64,000 bases of DNA from a virus, in the IMG/VR virus record IMGVR_UViG_3300045253_000023, positions 97,562 through 161,561 of that record; one strand, given 5' to 3'. Below are positions 39,238 through 48,402 of the stretch, one piece after another. The notes below the pieces were generated by a model. It saw only the letters and a program-made list of their open reading frames with translations, had not been told where the DNA came from and made no database searches. Within the stretch, counting starts at the first letter, position 1. Every line of letters begins with the position of its first letter. A program made the translations under genes and the position numbers.

Positions 39238-39936
39238 ATGACCTTTGAACTTGATCTCGTCAAGAAAAGCAACATCACATTCAGACGACGCAAGTCTTCA
39301 ATCGGGCGCATATACGAGAATGGTCTTGATCGGCTGGTATCTGTTACCACGTTCTTGGCATTGACATCAGACAAGGATGGCTATCTAGAACAGTGGCGCG
39401 CTCTTGTTGGTGAAGAAAAAGCTGATCTCATCAGCAAAACAGCTGCGGCGCGTGGTCATTCACTTCATCATGCAATGGAAGCATTCCTTCTCGGCAATGA
39501 CAATCCACCCATCATTGGAGCAGATGTGCGCATGCTCTTCAGGAGCCTCAAGGCGCAAATCTCTGCCAATTTAAGCGTGGTCTATGGGATTGAGCTGCCG
39601 TTGTACTCCAAAACTCTAGGATTGGCAGGAACAACAGACTGCATTGGCAGATGGAAGGGCAAATTGGCTGTTGTTGACTGGAAGAACAGTCGCAACGACA
39701 AAGAACTGGACATGGTGCAAGACTACTTTCTCCAAGCTGTAGCATACGCACTGATGTTCTATGATATGTATGGTAAAATGCCAGAGTTGTTAGTGGTTCC
39801 TGTGTTTTGTGTCAACGGGGAGTCTCGAATATTCGAGGCTGACATCAAGGATCATCTGTCTGCATTCCATGCAAGATGGACGAAATTCAAGGAGTTGATG
39901 AATGAAAAGGACTTCCAAATTGGCGAGTACGAGTAA
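39238..39936 (+). CDS. PD-(D/E)XK exonuclease (RecB/Cas4-like, common in T4-like phages)
   Basis: SVTT, RGHSLH, AGTTDC, VVDWKNS, YFLQAVAY. Confidence 0.85.
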   Translation: MTFELDLVKKSNITFRRRKSSIGRIYENGLDRLVSVTTFLALTSDKDGYLEQWRALVGEEKADLISKTAAARGHSLHHAMEAFLLGNDNPPIIGADVRMLFRSLKAQISANLSVVYGIELPLYSKTLGLAGTTDCIGRWKGKLAVVDWKNSRNDKELDMVQDYFLQAVAYALMFYDMYGKMPELLVVPVFCVNGESRIFEADIKDHLSAFHARWTKFKELMNEKDFQIGEYE

Positions 39937-40259
39937 CAGGAAAGCCAAGAAGAAACCTATGAAGAATGCAAAGAAGGTCAGCAAGCAAGCTGCAATGCCA
40001 TGTGCGTTGCCGAAGAAGGGACCAGGCATCTACAAGTTCACCAGAAACAATGTTGAGTTCTATGAATACTGGCGTGAAGTCGTCAATCCAACAACCAACA
40101 AGAAAGAACTCAAGTGCCTCGGAATCACAAATGTTGTTGCACTTGGACAAGATGGGCTGGAATCAATGAAGATGTTTCTTGATGACGCCTGGCAAGAAAA
40201 ACAGCCCGATGAACTCAAGAAGTTTGTCGAAGACATGAAGGCGAAAGGAATTCATTGAT

Positions 40260-41189
40260 ATGAAGAACCAGTACGAACATGACTATCTCGCATTGTTGCG
40301 CAAGTGCCTTGATGAAGGTGTTGGCGTGGAATCAGATCGCACCAAGATTGGAACCATCCAACTGACTGGTCAGACATTGGTTGCTGACAAGGTGGGAATG
40401 GAGTTTCCGACTCTGACAACGAGACCAACACCATTTCGTATTGCGTTCTGGGAAACAATGATGTTCCTCAATGGCATCACAGACACCAACTTTTTGGTCG
40501 ACAAAGACATCACCATCTGGCAAGCCAACACGACTCGCGAGTTCCTTGATGCTCGTGGATTGATTCATGTTCCGGAAGGCGACATGGGCAAGGGTTATGG
40601 CTTCCAGTGGCGTAATTTCGGTGGCGATGCCATGGGCGATCAGAAGGGTGTTGATCAGATTGCCAGTGTCTTGCACTCTCTTGAGAACGATCCATTTGGT
40701 CGTCGTCATCTCATTTCAACCTGGAATCCACAGCAACTGAATCAAATGGCGCTGCCGCCATGCCACATCATCAACCAATACATGATGGTGGAATTGCGCC
40801 CAGATGATTGCTATCGACTGGATTCGACCTTCTACATGCGTTCATGCGACATGGTGTATGGACTTCCATTCAACATGCAAGCATATGCATTCCTGAACAT
40901 TGCGTTCGCGGATTATCTGTCTCATACCAAAACCTATCGCGCCAAGAACATCAACGTGCTCCCTGGCAAGGTAACATTCATGGGTGGTGATTGCCACATC
41001 TATCGTAACCAGGTTGACATGGTCAGAGAACAGCTTGAGCGCGCACCATATGATGGAACGCAACTCAAGCTGGGCTATCCTATTCTCTCATTCAACCAAT
41101 TGTTGAATCTGTCATACGCAAAGGATGTTCGCATTGCGGCATTCAAGCGTCATGCTCAGTTCGACAATCGTCCGCCAATGGCTCAATGA
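40260..41189 (+). CDS. td: thymidylate synthase
   Basis: DRTKIGT, FPTLTT, IWQAN, YGFQWR, RR, MALPPCH, RSCD...GLPFN (Asn = dUMP specificity), DCHIY. Confidence 0.92.
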   Translation: MKNQYEHDYLALLRKCLDEGVGVESDRTKIGTIQLTGQTLVADKVGMEFPTLTTRPTPFRIAFWETMMFLNGITDTNFLVDKDITIWQANTTREFLDARGLIHVPEGDMGKGYGFQWRNFGGDAMGDQKGVDQIASVLHSLENDPFGRRHLISTWNPQQLNQMALPPCHIINQYMMVELRPDDCYRLDSTFYMRSCDMVYGLPFNMQAYAFLNIAFADYLSHTKTYRAKNINVLPGKVTFMGGDCHIYRNQVDMVREQLERAPYDGTQLKLGYPILSFNQLLNLSYAKDVRIAAFKRHAQFDNRPPMAQ

Positions 41190-41866
41190 CCAACTTTAGC
41201 GAAAGCCTCAATCCACATACGACACTGACCACTTCTGACGATGTCATCAAGACAGAACTCAATAACAGGGACGGGAAGCAGTTGGTTTGCGATCATGTTC
41301 AAGACAACCCTGAGCCCACTTCCCTCTTTGAGAGAGCACTGCGCAACATCCCCATCCACGATGGTCTTGGTCCCTTCACCAAGGCGAGTGAGGAACATTT
41401 TCAGTTCGAATGGTGAGGAGTTCTGAGCTTCATCCAGGATGATGAAGGCATTCTTGAATGAGCGACCTTGCATCTGCTCAAATGGCGCAAACTCAATGTC
41501 ATGGTTCTTGCGCGCAATCTCGTATTTGCCTTCACCCAGCTTCTCAAGCAGGACTTCGGTGATTGGACGGAACCATGGCTCAAGTTTCTCATCAAGAGAA
41601 CCAGGAAGCAAACCAGCGCTCTTGCCAACAGGAATCATTGGGCGTGTGAGGATGATCTTGCTGATTGTGCCGCGAATATACAACTCTGCGGCGATCGCCG
41701 CAGCGCAGTAAGTTTTACCTGTGCCTGCTGGACCAAGACAAAAGACTGTGGGGCTGCGATATATCGCCTGAATGTATTCCTTTTGCTTATCATTCAGTGG
41801 TAGAACTGGCTTGGACTTCTCGAGTTGCTGTTCTTTCCAACGGTCTTGCTTGGTCTTTTTGGTCAT
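41183..41866 (-). CDS. phoH: PhoH-family ATPase
   Basis: GPAGTGKT, LTRP, GLLPG, QGRSF, ILDEAQN, LTRLG, GDVAQ, DIVRS. Confidence 0.95.
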   Translation of the reverse strand: MTKKTKQDRWKEQQLEKSKPVLPLNDKQKEYIQAIYRSPTVFCLGPAGTGKTYCAAAIAAELYIRGTISKIILTRPMIPVGKSAGLLPGSLDEKLEPWFRPITEVLLEKLGEGKYEIARKNHDIEFAPFEQMQGRSFKNAFIILDEAQNSSPFELKMFLTRLGEGTKTIVDGDVAQCSLKEGSGLRVVLNMIANQLLPVPVIEFCLDDIVRSGQCRMWIEAFAKVGH

Positions 41867-41916
41867 GGACTTTCGTCTCCTTCCGTGGTTGAGGAATCAT
41901 GACTACTTACACCAGC

Positions 41917-41945
41917 TTTACTTTTACTTGAATGTCAGGTAGAAT
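41917..41945 (+). promoter_or_regulatory. sigma70-type promoter
   Basis: TTTACT-17 bp-TAGAAT, 7 nt before ATG 41953. Confidence 0.75.
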
Positions 41946-41952
41946 AGGGTCT

Positions 41953-42399
41953 ATGATAGTCAAATCACTAGGGTTTACAGGCACTGCGCTCGGCATGACT
42001 CCAATCCAGAAACATCTGGTAGATAAGTTCGTGCGCATGTATCAACCAGATGAAGCTCATCATGGAGACTGCGTTGGCGCTGATGCACAATTTCACGACA
42101 TTGTTTGCGAACCACTATTCCGCGCGAGTGTGAGAACCATCGTTCATGTTCATCCACCAGAAAATCCAAAAGCAAGAGCCTGGAAGAAAGGTGATCGATT
42201 GCACCCAGAACGAGATTACATCGTACGCAACCATGACATCGTAAAGGCTTCTGCCATATTGCTTGCAACACCTGGACAAATGCGAGAACAACTGAGAAGT
42301 GGAACATGGTCAACAATTCGATACGCATGGTTCAGGAAAGTACCAACTCATGTGATCTTTCCAGATGGATTCATCCAGAATTCGGAAGTGTTTGATTAG
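41953..42399 (+). CDS. SLOG-superfamily protein
   Basis: GFTGT, HHGDCVGAD, RNHDIV, SGTWSTIRYA. Confidence 0.65.
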   Translation: MIVKSLGFTGTALGMTPIQKHLVDKFVRMYQPDEAHHGDCVGADAQFHDIVCEPLFRASVRTIVHVHPPENPKARAWKKGDRLHPERDYIVRNHDIVKASAILLATPGQMREQLRSGTWSTIRYAWFRKVPTHVIFPDGFIQNSEVFD

Positions 42400-42446
42400 G
42401 TTGGAAATTTAGTGCTTGACTTTTGCGTTCTATGAGAGTAGAATAG
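42386..42446 (+). promoter_or_regulatory. early promoter module P11
   Basis: AAGTGTTTGATT, GGAAATTTAGTGC-TTGACT(42416)-17-TAGAAT(42439). Confidence 0.88.
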
Positions 42447-42471
42447 TTTCTGTCAATCACTCAGGTGCCAA

Positions 42472-42846
42472 ATGAAATCCACCGCGTTGTTTGTGTGTCT
42501 CGCTGTTTCTTCCTCAGCATTTGCTGATGGTTTGAACTCCATCCACATCGATTACATCGATGGGCATCAAGAAACAGTTTCATGGTGCAGCACACAAGTC
42601 AGTGATGAAGACCTAACTGCCACTTGCGACAACAGCATCTCTTCGACAAACGCAATCCAGGCTCCAATCACGAATGATTCACCCAATGTGAAGCTGACAG
42701 TGATGTCTCCTCATTTTGATTTCGTCCCATCTGATGGGTTCTGCGTCCAAACCAAGTTGACTCAACACACTGATGCGCACCAAACTATCAGCGAATATGA
42801 AGTCAATTGTGGTGACGTGATCTTCCGGAATAGGTTTGACTCATAA
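42472..42846 (+). CDS. secreted protein with C-terminal DVIFRNRFD motif
   Basis: Signal peptide ending AFA; four Cys in the mature part; ends GDVIFRNRFDS. Confidence 0.65.
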   Translation: MKSTALFVCLAVSSSAFADGLNSIHIDYIDGHQETVSWCSTQVSDEDLTATCDNSISSTNAIQAPITNDSPNVKLTVMSPHFDFVPSDGFCVQTKLTQHTDAHQTISEYEVNCGDVIFRNRFDS

Positions 42847-43247
42847 TGTACAGACTTTCGTATCAAGTCACCACACCATCTGCGCTGTTTCCCCGAGTTG
42901 GTAATGTGTACGTGATCACCAATTCGTGTCTTGAAACCCTCTGCAATGAGTTCAAAGCAATCCAAGCTGAGTTCCGTGCTGAGGCACACAATGCTGAGAT
43001 TGTTGAAATCATTCGTGTGAGTCCTGTTCACGAAAGTGAATATGAAGACTTCTTGGAGCCACTCAATGTCGCTACCAACACAGGCTGATTGGGGCAGTCA
43101 AGTCGTATTGCTTCATGCATCGACACCTCAGAAGATTTTCTTCACTGCTCTTGGCGGTGGTTACGCTTTTTCATGCCCACGTGACCAGTGGGAAGCAAAC
43201 AAACTGGTTGACGTTTCTCTATAACTCACATATCTGGAGTCTACATC

Positions 43248-43799
43248 ATGTTTCTTGAACACGTTGAACAAGTTCGCACCCCACAAACTGAAGCTGAACA
43301 GCTTTCCAACATGGCCGCTCAGTATCTTTCCGCTGTACCTGTGGTTGGGGCATCGCTCAGTTCTGCAATCAGCAAGGTTGAGAGATATGTTGCTGAGCAT
43401 CCAGAATCCGCGTCTGATGTTGCCAATTCCGAAGGTTTCGGCGCAATGCTCAATGCTCGTGCGCTGATCATCAAGCTGGCAGCAATCAACACCTTGACCC
43501 TGGTTCAGTTCCGTCATCTGGAACGCGAAACTGACACTCTCTCGCTGTTCAGTCAGGCTTTCCGTGAAGACCTGGAGCGTGCGCGCGAAACAATTGCCAA
43601 TGCTGAAGCCGAAGTGGCTCGCAAAGAAGGCGTCATTCAACGTTTGTTGAGTGCCAATGTCCAGAAGGTTCAAGAGCGCAAGGAAATTCTGCTGGGTCTT
43701 GCCACCTGGTTGCTTGAAGGCGTCGAGCGCACTCATGCTGAACTCGATGACACCGAAGCACTGTTGCGCAAGCTGGACACAAACAAACCAAAGGTGTAA
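43248..43799 (+). CDS. coiled-coil hypothetical protein
   Basis: GGAG SD; helical E/A/R-rich sequence. Confidence 0.6.
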   Translation: MFLEHVEQVRTPQTEAEQLSNMAAQYLSAVPVVGASLSSAISKVERYVAEHPESASDVANSEGFGAMLNARALIIKLAAINTLTLVQFRHLERETDTLSLFSQAFREDLERARETIANAEAEVARKEGVIQRLLSANVQKVQERKEILLGLATWLLEGVERTHAELDDTEALLRKLDTNKPKV

Positions 43800-44165
43800 G
43801 AATATGACACTTGCCAACCATGACTTTGTTGATCCAAACCACACAGCAATGTCTGTGTGGGACTGGAAGAATGCGCCGCAGTGGGCCAAGAACCAGGTGA
43901 ATGTTTCACCTGCCTGGGAAGGCGCATGGGTGGCTGTGCTGGACACTATCAAGTGGCCGAACTGGCGCGACATCCCATTGTTCCAATCTGGCACGCCATT
44001 CGGCGAGTCCGTCGTCTCAACATTTCATGGTTTCTATGTAGTCATTGTGGGTCTCCGTCATCGCAAGAGCACCGTTGTGCCTTTCGATCCAAATGACAAG
44101 ACACCCAACAAATTGAAGGCAGGTGCACAGCTTCAATACGAGCAGGAAGACGTTCGACAAGTGGC

Positions 44166-44194
44166 TTGACTTTCGGTTTGAAACCTTCTACAAT
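44166..44194 (+). promoter_or_regulatory. sigma70-type promoter for the dioxygenase gene
   Basis: TTGACT-17 bp-TACAAT, 9 nt before ATG 44204. Confidence 0.8.
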
Positions 44195-44203
44195 AGAGAT
44201 ACT

Positions 44204-45559
44204 ATGAGCAAATCAGTCCAGATTTACAACGCACCACGCAAACTGAACTGTGATCATCTCCTGGGAACTTTCCTGGGAGATGAACATTACAGCATGGTTG
44301 TTGATGATGACGTTGACTTCTATGCACCAACCAATCCACTTCATCCAAAGAACGATGAATCAACCATCCTGTTCAAGTTTCGCAAGAATGTGTTTCCTGC
44401 TGAACTTCAGAACTGCGCCTATGAGGGACTGATCCAGGCTGCTGGTCCATCACAGAATCGCGGTCTCGCTGCTGGTCCTCGCAATGAGAAGCTGCAGAAC
44501 AGGGATTGGGTCACAGCATTCCAGCTTGCTGTTCTCGAAGCATTCCTCGACACCGAGACACGTCTCGACGACAGTGATCCCATTGATCAAGTTATACTAA
44601 ATCAAGCTGCGAACAAGTATAACGGCACTCCATCACGTGGCCTTGTATGGCTTCGCAATCAGATCATCGCATCCGGAGAGACATATGAAGGCTTCTTCGA
44701 CAACTGGTTCGCTCGCACAAAACCCTTATCGCCTGTTGAACGATGCGCTGAGTCGAGGAGACTACAAGACAATTTCATCAGTGACACAACATATGCGAAC
44801 CCTGTCCTCTCAGGAATTGCTGGATTTTTTGATCGATATCCTCGAATTCCATACGGACGTGCGACGTCGTACACGGAAGCAAACCCTGATCTCTTCGCAA
44901 AGTCCTTCCCCTATCTCGCAGCATTGACCACATGCTTCAAGCATTTGTTGCCTCAACGATTTGCGAAGCAACAAGCAGCCTGCGACCAGCTTGATCCTCA
45001 CTTTGTCATTCCTGGTTCAGTGTTCACCACGCTGACAATCAACAAGACCTTCCGCACTGCTGCTCATCGAGACGCAGGTGACCTGGGTCGAGGCTTTTCC
45101 AATCTTGGTGTGATTCAACCACCAGGAAGCCGAGACTTCAAAGGCGGAATGTTGGTGTTGCCTGAGTATGAAGTGGCAATCAATATTCGACCTGGTGACC
45201 TGTTGCTGATTGCGAATCATGATGCAATCCATGGCAACACCGCTATTGAACCTGTCAGAGCAGATTGTTGCCCAGAATGTATTGAGCGTATGAGCATCGT
45301 GGCATACTTCCGCGAGTCCATGCTTGAGCTCGGCTCATGGGAATATGAGCAATATCGCCGCCAGTATGTTGAGCATCGCAAGGCGCTTGGCAAGAAGCAT
45401 CCAGACTCCAATGGTCCTTTGTGGAATGGTATATCGAAAGGAATGTGGGATGGTCCGGAATGGCGTGAGTTCTTGAGTTCAAAGGATGGTGGTCCAGAGA
45501 TGCTGGAGAAATACCACCCTCTATCAGCTGAAGGCAATCTCGAATCCTTCTTTACATAA
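44204..45559 (+). CDS. TET/JBP-family 2-oxoglutarate/Fe(II) dioxygenase
   Basis: FTTLTINKTFRTAAHRDAGD (HxD), GGMLVLPEY, PGDLLL, IHGNT (distal His), RMSIVAYFRE (2OG-binding Arg). Confidence 0.85.
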   Translation: MSKSVQIYNAPRKLNCDHLLGTFLGDEHYSMVVDDDVDFYAPTNPLHPKNDESTILFKFRKNVFPAELQNCAYEGLIQAAGPSQNRGLAAGPRNEKLQNRDWVTAFQLAVLEAFLDTETRLDDSDPIDQVILNQAANKYNGTPSRGLVWLRNQIIASGETYEGFFDNWFARTKPLSPVERCAESRRLQDNFISDTTYANPVLSGIAGFFDRYPRIPYGRATSYTEANPDLFAKSFPYLAALTTCFKHLLPQRFAKQQAACDQLDPHFVIPGSVFTTLTINKTFRTAAHRDAGDLGRGFSNLGVIQPPGSRDFKGGMLVLPEYEVAINIRPGDLLLIANHDAIHGNTAIEPVRADCCPECIERMSIVAYFRESMLELGSWEYEQYRRQYVEHRKALGKKHPDSNGPLWNGISKGMWDGPEWREFLSSKDGGPEMLEKYHPLSAEGNLESFFT

Positions 45560-45615
45560 ACAACAGCTAAATACTCATACAGGGTCAATTATTTGCTGTT
45601 TGGAGATGTACCGAA

Positions 45616-45852
45616 ATGGAAAAATTCAGAGCCTTCTTGTCTGATCTCAGAAAATCAAGCGTGACAGCACTTATTCTGCTGGCCATCATCGGAATGTTTG
45701 TGTACAACAACACTTCCCGATTGAACAACATCGAACACGCCTATTGTGAGAACGGAATTCTCGTGCTCCAGAAGCAAGACCAGGATTTGTACATGGTACT
45801 TGACTCTACGAACAAACCTGTCACATGTAAACTAAAGGATGAAGCACAATGA
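45616..45852 (+). CDS. small membrane-anchored late protein
   Basis: CTAAATA upstream; one TM, periplasmic Cys pair. Confidence 0.55.
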   Translation: MEKFRAFLSDLRKSSVTALILLAIIGMFVYNNTSRLNNIEHAYCENGILVLQKQDQDLYMVLDSTNKPVTCKLKDEAQ

Positions 45853-46055
45853 ACAAAGGAAGATACATTCCATTGCCAGCCACACCAAAAGGCGTGACAT
45901 CGCGCATTCCAACTCGTCAAGTTGGTGTGTTGTCTCAAGATGAAGCTATCAAGCAAACCCAGCGTGTAGCACTTGAGTGTGCACGTGCAATTGCCTCTGG
46001 CAAGAATCCAAAGCTGGTGGGCCGCTAAACCCTCTTTTTCGTCATATAGGTTATC

Positions 46056-46649
46056 ATGAAAACTGTGATCGCGATTGGCGGGCAACCCGCCACAGGCAAG
46101 ACGACCCTCATGAAAGGGTTGATGGCTTTCCTGGACAAGAAATACGGCAAGAATGAGTTTGGTCAACAGGCTGAACTCATCACTGCGCATCACTGGAAGC
46201 ATGGTGGTGTCTACATTCTTGGAAGCTACAAAGAAGACCAGACATTCTCTGGCACCGACACCTTCTCAATGGCTGTTCAGCCAAAAGCCTTGCCGTGGCT
46301 CAAGAGCCTGCGCGATGGATCAACTGTGATCTATGAAGGTGATCGACTCTTCAATCAAACAATGCTTGAATCCATTGCAGATGAATGCGATGACTTCGCT
46401 CTGGAATGCATCATGCTGGATGTTCCAGAAGAAACACTGCATCAGCGCCATATCAATCGTGGCGACACACAAACGGCTCAGTTCCTCAAGGGTCGCGCAA
46501 CCAAATATCTTGGCATCGACATGAATATGATGCTTCAAGGTTACATCAACCATTACCCTCACGAAACCCCAGAACAAGGCATCGCTATCATCTATCATAT
46601 CCTTGATGTGATTGAGAAGACAGTCGAAGCTGAAGAACTTCCATTCTGA
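46056..46649 (+). CDS. P-loop kinase, 5-hydroxymethyluracil DNA kinase (5-HMUDK)-like
   Basis: IGGQPATGKTT, LGSY...FSGTDTFSMAVQP, YEGDRL, RHINRG...QFLKGRATK motifs. Confidence 0.75.
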   Translation: MKTVIAIGGQPATGKTTLMKGLMAFLDKKYGKNEFGQQAELITAHHWKHGGVYILGSYKEDQTFSGTDTFSMAVQPKALPWLKSLRDGSTVIYEGDRLFNQTMLESIADECDDFALECIMLDVPEETLHQRHINRGDTQTAQFLKGRATKYLGIDMNMMLQGYINHYPHETPEQGIAIIYHILDVIEKTVEAEELPF

Positions 46650-46667
46650 TCAACAAGGACATATAAC

Positions 46668-47003
46668 ATGGCTGAATACAACGTTCACTATCTGCGCTTC
46701 CGCTACACCATGGAAGAAATCATCGCCAAGATCACCAGCGAAGATGACAACTCCATCAGCATCGAGAATCCAGTCACACTGGTTCCTGATCCATCCAAGC
46801 CAAACAGCTTGCGCTTCTTGCCATGGTCCATTCTCTGCGGCAAGCGCGAAATGACCTTCCCGCGTGGTGATTTCCTGTTGATCGGCCCAGTGCCTGAATC
46901 ACTGGCGAAGGGTTATGTCGGCGCCACCAGCGGCATTGAAATTGCCAACGTGGTTCCAATCAACCGCAAGCTCAATGCTGGCTCCAGCGAGATTCATGGT
47001 TGA
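46668..47003 (+). CDS. conserved T4-like hypothetical protein (Sm-like fold possible)
   Basis: EEIIAKI...IENPV...FLPW...GATSGI pattern. Confidence 0.55.
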   Translation: MAEYNVHYLRFRYTMEEIIAKITSEDDNSISIENPVTLVPDPSKPNSLRFLPWSILCGKREMTFPRGDFLLIGPVPESLAKGYVGATSGIEIANVVPINRKLNAGSSEIHG

Positions 47004-47005
47004 GG

Positions 47006-47120
47006 AAAGTACTCTATAGCGTACTTTTGATCATGAAAGTACTCTATACAGTACGTCACAAGGTGCTCTTAAGGAGACATTAAGTCACTTTATTAGCTCT
47101 TAAGAGCACCTGTTATCCAG
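47006..47120. repeat. intergenic direct and inverted repeat cluster
   Basis: GAAAGTACTCTATA twice; 13-bp inverted repeat AGGTGCTCTTAAG (47061) / CTTAAGAGCACCT (47099). Confidence 0.8.
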
Positions 47121-47198
47121 TTATCGTATCGAGTAAGACCCTATTGACTTCTGATTCATTTCACACTATGCTAGTCTTATCACATCGAGGCATTCATC

Positions 47199-48053
47199 AT
47201 GACCACCAACTTGAAAGACAATTCAATCATCTTCCGTATCCAGAACAGGAACAGCATGCCGTGGAAGTTTGTCGATCCGACTGTCCGCTATTCCCGATTC
47301 TCGAAAGCGGGCAAGTTCTGGGCTGGTGCGGGCCCACTCCTGCAACACATCAACCTGAATTCTGATCGTTACTTCAACGACGGATTTGTGGTCTTGGCAT
47401 ATGATGCCAACACACTCCAGGCCGCAACCAACCATCCATACAACTCTGTTCCTGCCAAGGACATTTATGCCATTCGCGCAAAGCTGAAGAACCGCAAGCC
47501 TGATCGTCAAATCCTGTTTGCTATTCGATTCAACAATTCCACCCCAATCACATACAGCCGATTCAAAGGATGGGGCGGAACAGATACAACCATGCGTATG
47601 GTTGATCTCACTACGGTGAAGCGTTTCCTGCGACGCAAAACACGTTTCAATCATCGCCCAGCCACACAATTCAACAACACTTCCATTGTCGTGTTCTCAG
47701 TCATTCCTGACGTTAGCATCATCAACAAGGTGTATGAGCAGGATTTGTATCGTGGCGAAATTGGCTTTGATCGCAAGTATGTTGATCAACTCCTTGATGG
47801 TCTGGAGAAGGTGCGTGATTTCTATGCCTATTCCGAGAACTATCAGGCTCCCATCAATATTCCTTCCGTCTGGTATCCTGATTCAATCAAAAATGCTCAG
47901 GGCATCAGCTATGAACTGACAACCACACACCACCAAGCCAAGGACGGATTGTCTTGTATTGGTGCAGTCGGTCATGTTCCTGTTTTCCCATCTGCGCCTG
48001 GTGCAAATGGCGCATCTGATCCAAACGCAGCAGGCACCAGCCGCTGCTTCTGA
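47199..48053 (+). CDS. hypothetical protein
   Basis: 284-aa ORF with GAGG SD, after TTGACT(47144)-17-TATGCT. Confidence 0.65.
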   Translation: MTTNLKDNSIIFRIQNRNSMPWKFVDPTVRYSRFSKAGKFWAGAGPLLQHINLNSDRYFNDGFVVLAYDANTLQAATNHPYNSVPAKDIYAIRAKLKNRKPDRQILFAIRFNNSTPITYSRFKGWGGTDTTMRMVDLTTVKRFLRRKTRFNHRPATQFNNTSIVVFSVIPDVSIINKVYEQDLYRGEIGFDRKYVDQLLDGLEKVRDFYAYSENYQAPINIPSVWYPDSIKNAQGISYELTTTHHQAKDGLSCIGAVGHVPVFPSAPGANGASDPNAAGTSRCF

Positions 48054-48087
48054 GTAACACAACCCCAACAATACTGGAGTTTATATC

Positions 48088-48402
48088 ATGCCAAAGGGTA
48101 TTCCAAAGAACGCCAAGCCGAAGGTCATTCGCACCAACGACTTGCCATCCTCAGTTGCAGATCAGAAGAAGCTGCTGAAGATGATTCGCGAAGCCTCTGA
48201 TGCAACAACCATGATCGCTGCTCAGCGCGACAAGCTGAATGACGTCAAGGCCAACATCCAAGAGGAATTCCCAATCACAGTCAAGCTGATGAACAAGCTG
48301 ATTGACTTTGAATATCGCCAGAACTTCGACCAGGTGTATGGTGAATGGGAAGAGATCGCACATGCCCATGAAAAGCTGGTCACAGCTGGAGAAGCAAAGT
48401 GA
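48088..48402 (+). CDS. dsbA: T4 DsbA-like dsDNA-binding protein
   Basis: MIREASD...DVKANIQEEF...KLMNKLIDFEYRQNF pattern; synteny with 33/59/32. Confidence 0.75.
   Translation: MPKGIPKNAKPKVIRTNDLPSSVADQKKLLKMIREASDATTMIAAQRDKLNDVKANIQEEFPITVKLMNKLIDFEYRQNFDQVYGEWEEIAHAHEKLVTAGEAK

Noticed and set aside
39238-39936. Cas4-like nuclease as a CRISPR-Cas component
   Set aside because: No array or other cas genes and no Fe-S cysteine set; stand-alone exonucleases of this type are routine in T4-like phages.
40260-41189. TS homolog as a dUMP or dCMP hydroxymethylase
   Set aside because: It keeps full-length canonical ThyA motifs, including the dUMP-specifying Asn, and DHFR is present, which true TS needs. 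Treated as ordinary TS, though only an assay can fully exclude the alternative.
28865-41866. Introns or inteins in topoisomerase, ligase, td or phoH
   Set aside because: All are uninterrupted and of normal length, with no intein or homing-endonuclease motifs.
6583-42446. Dispersed repeats as a CRISPR array, REP elements or IS ends
   Set aside because: Copies are kilobases apart, co-oriented, contain -35/-10 hexamers and precede SD-led ORFs; there is no repeat-spacer periodicity or transposase.
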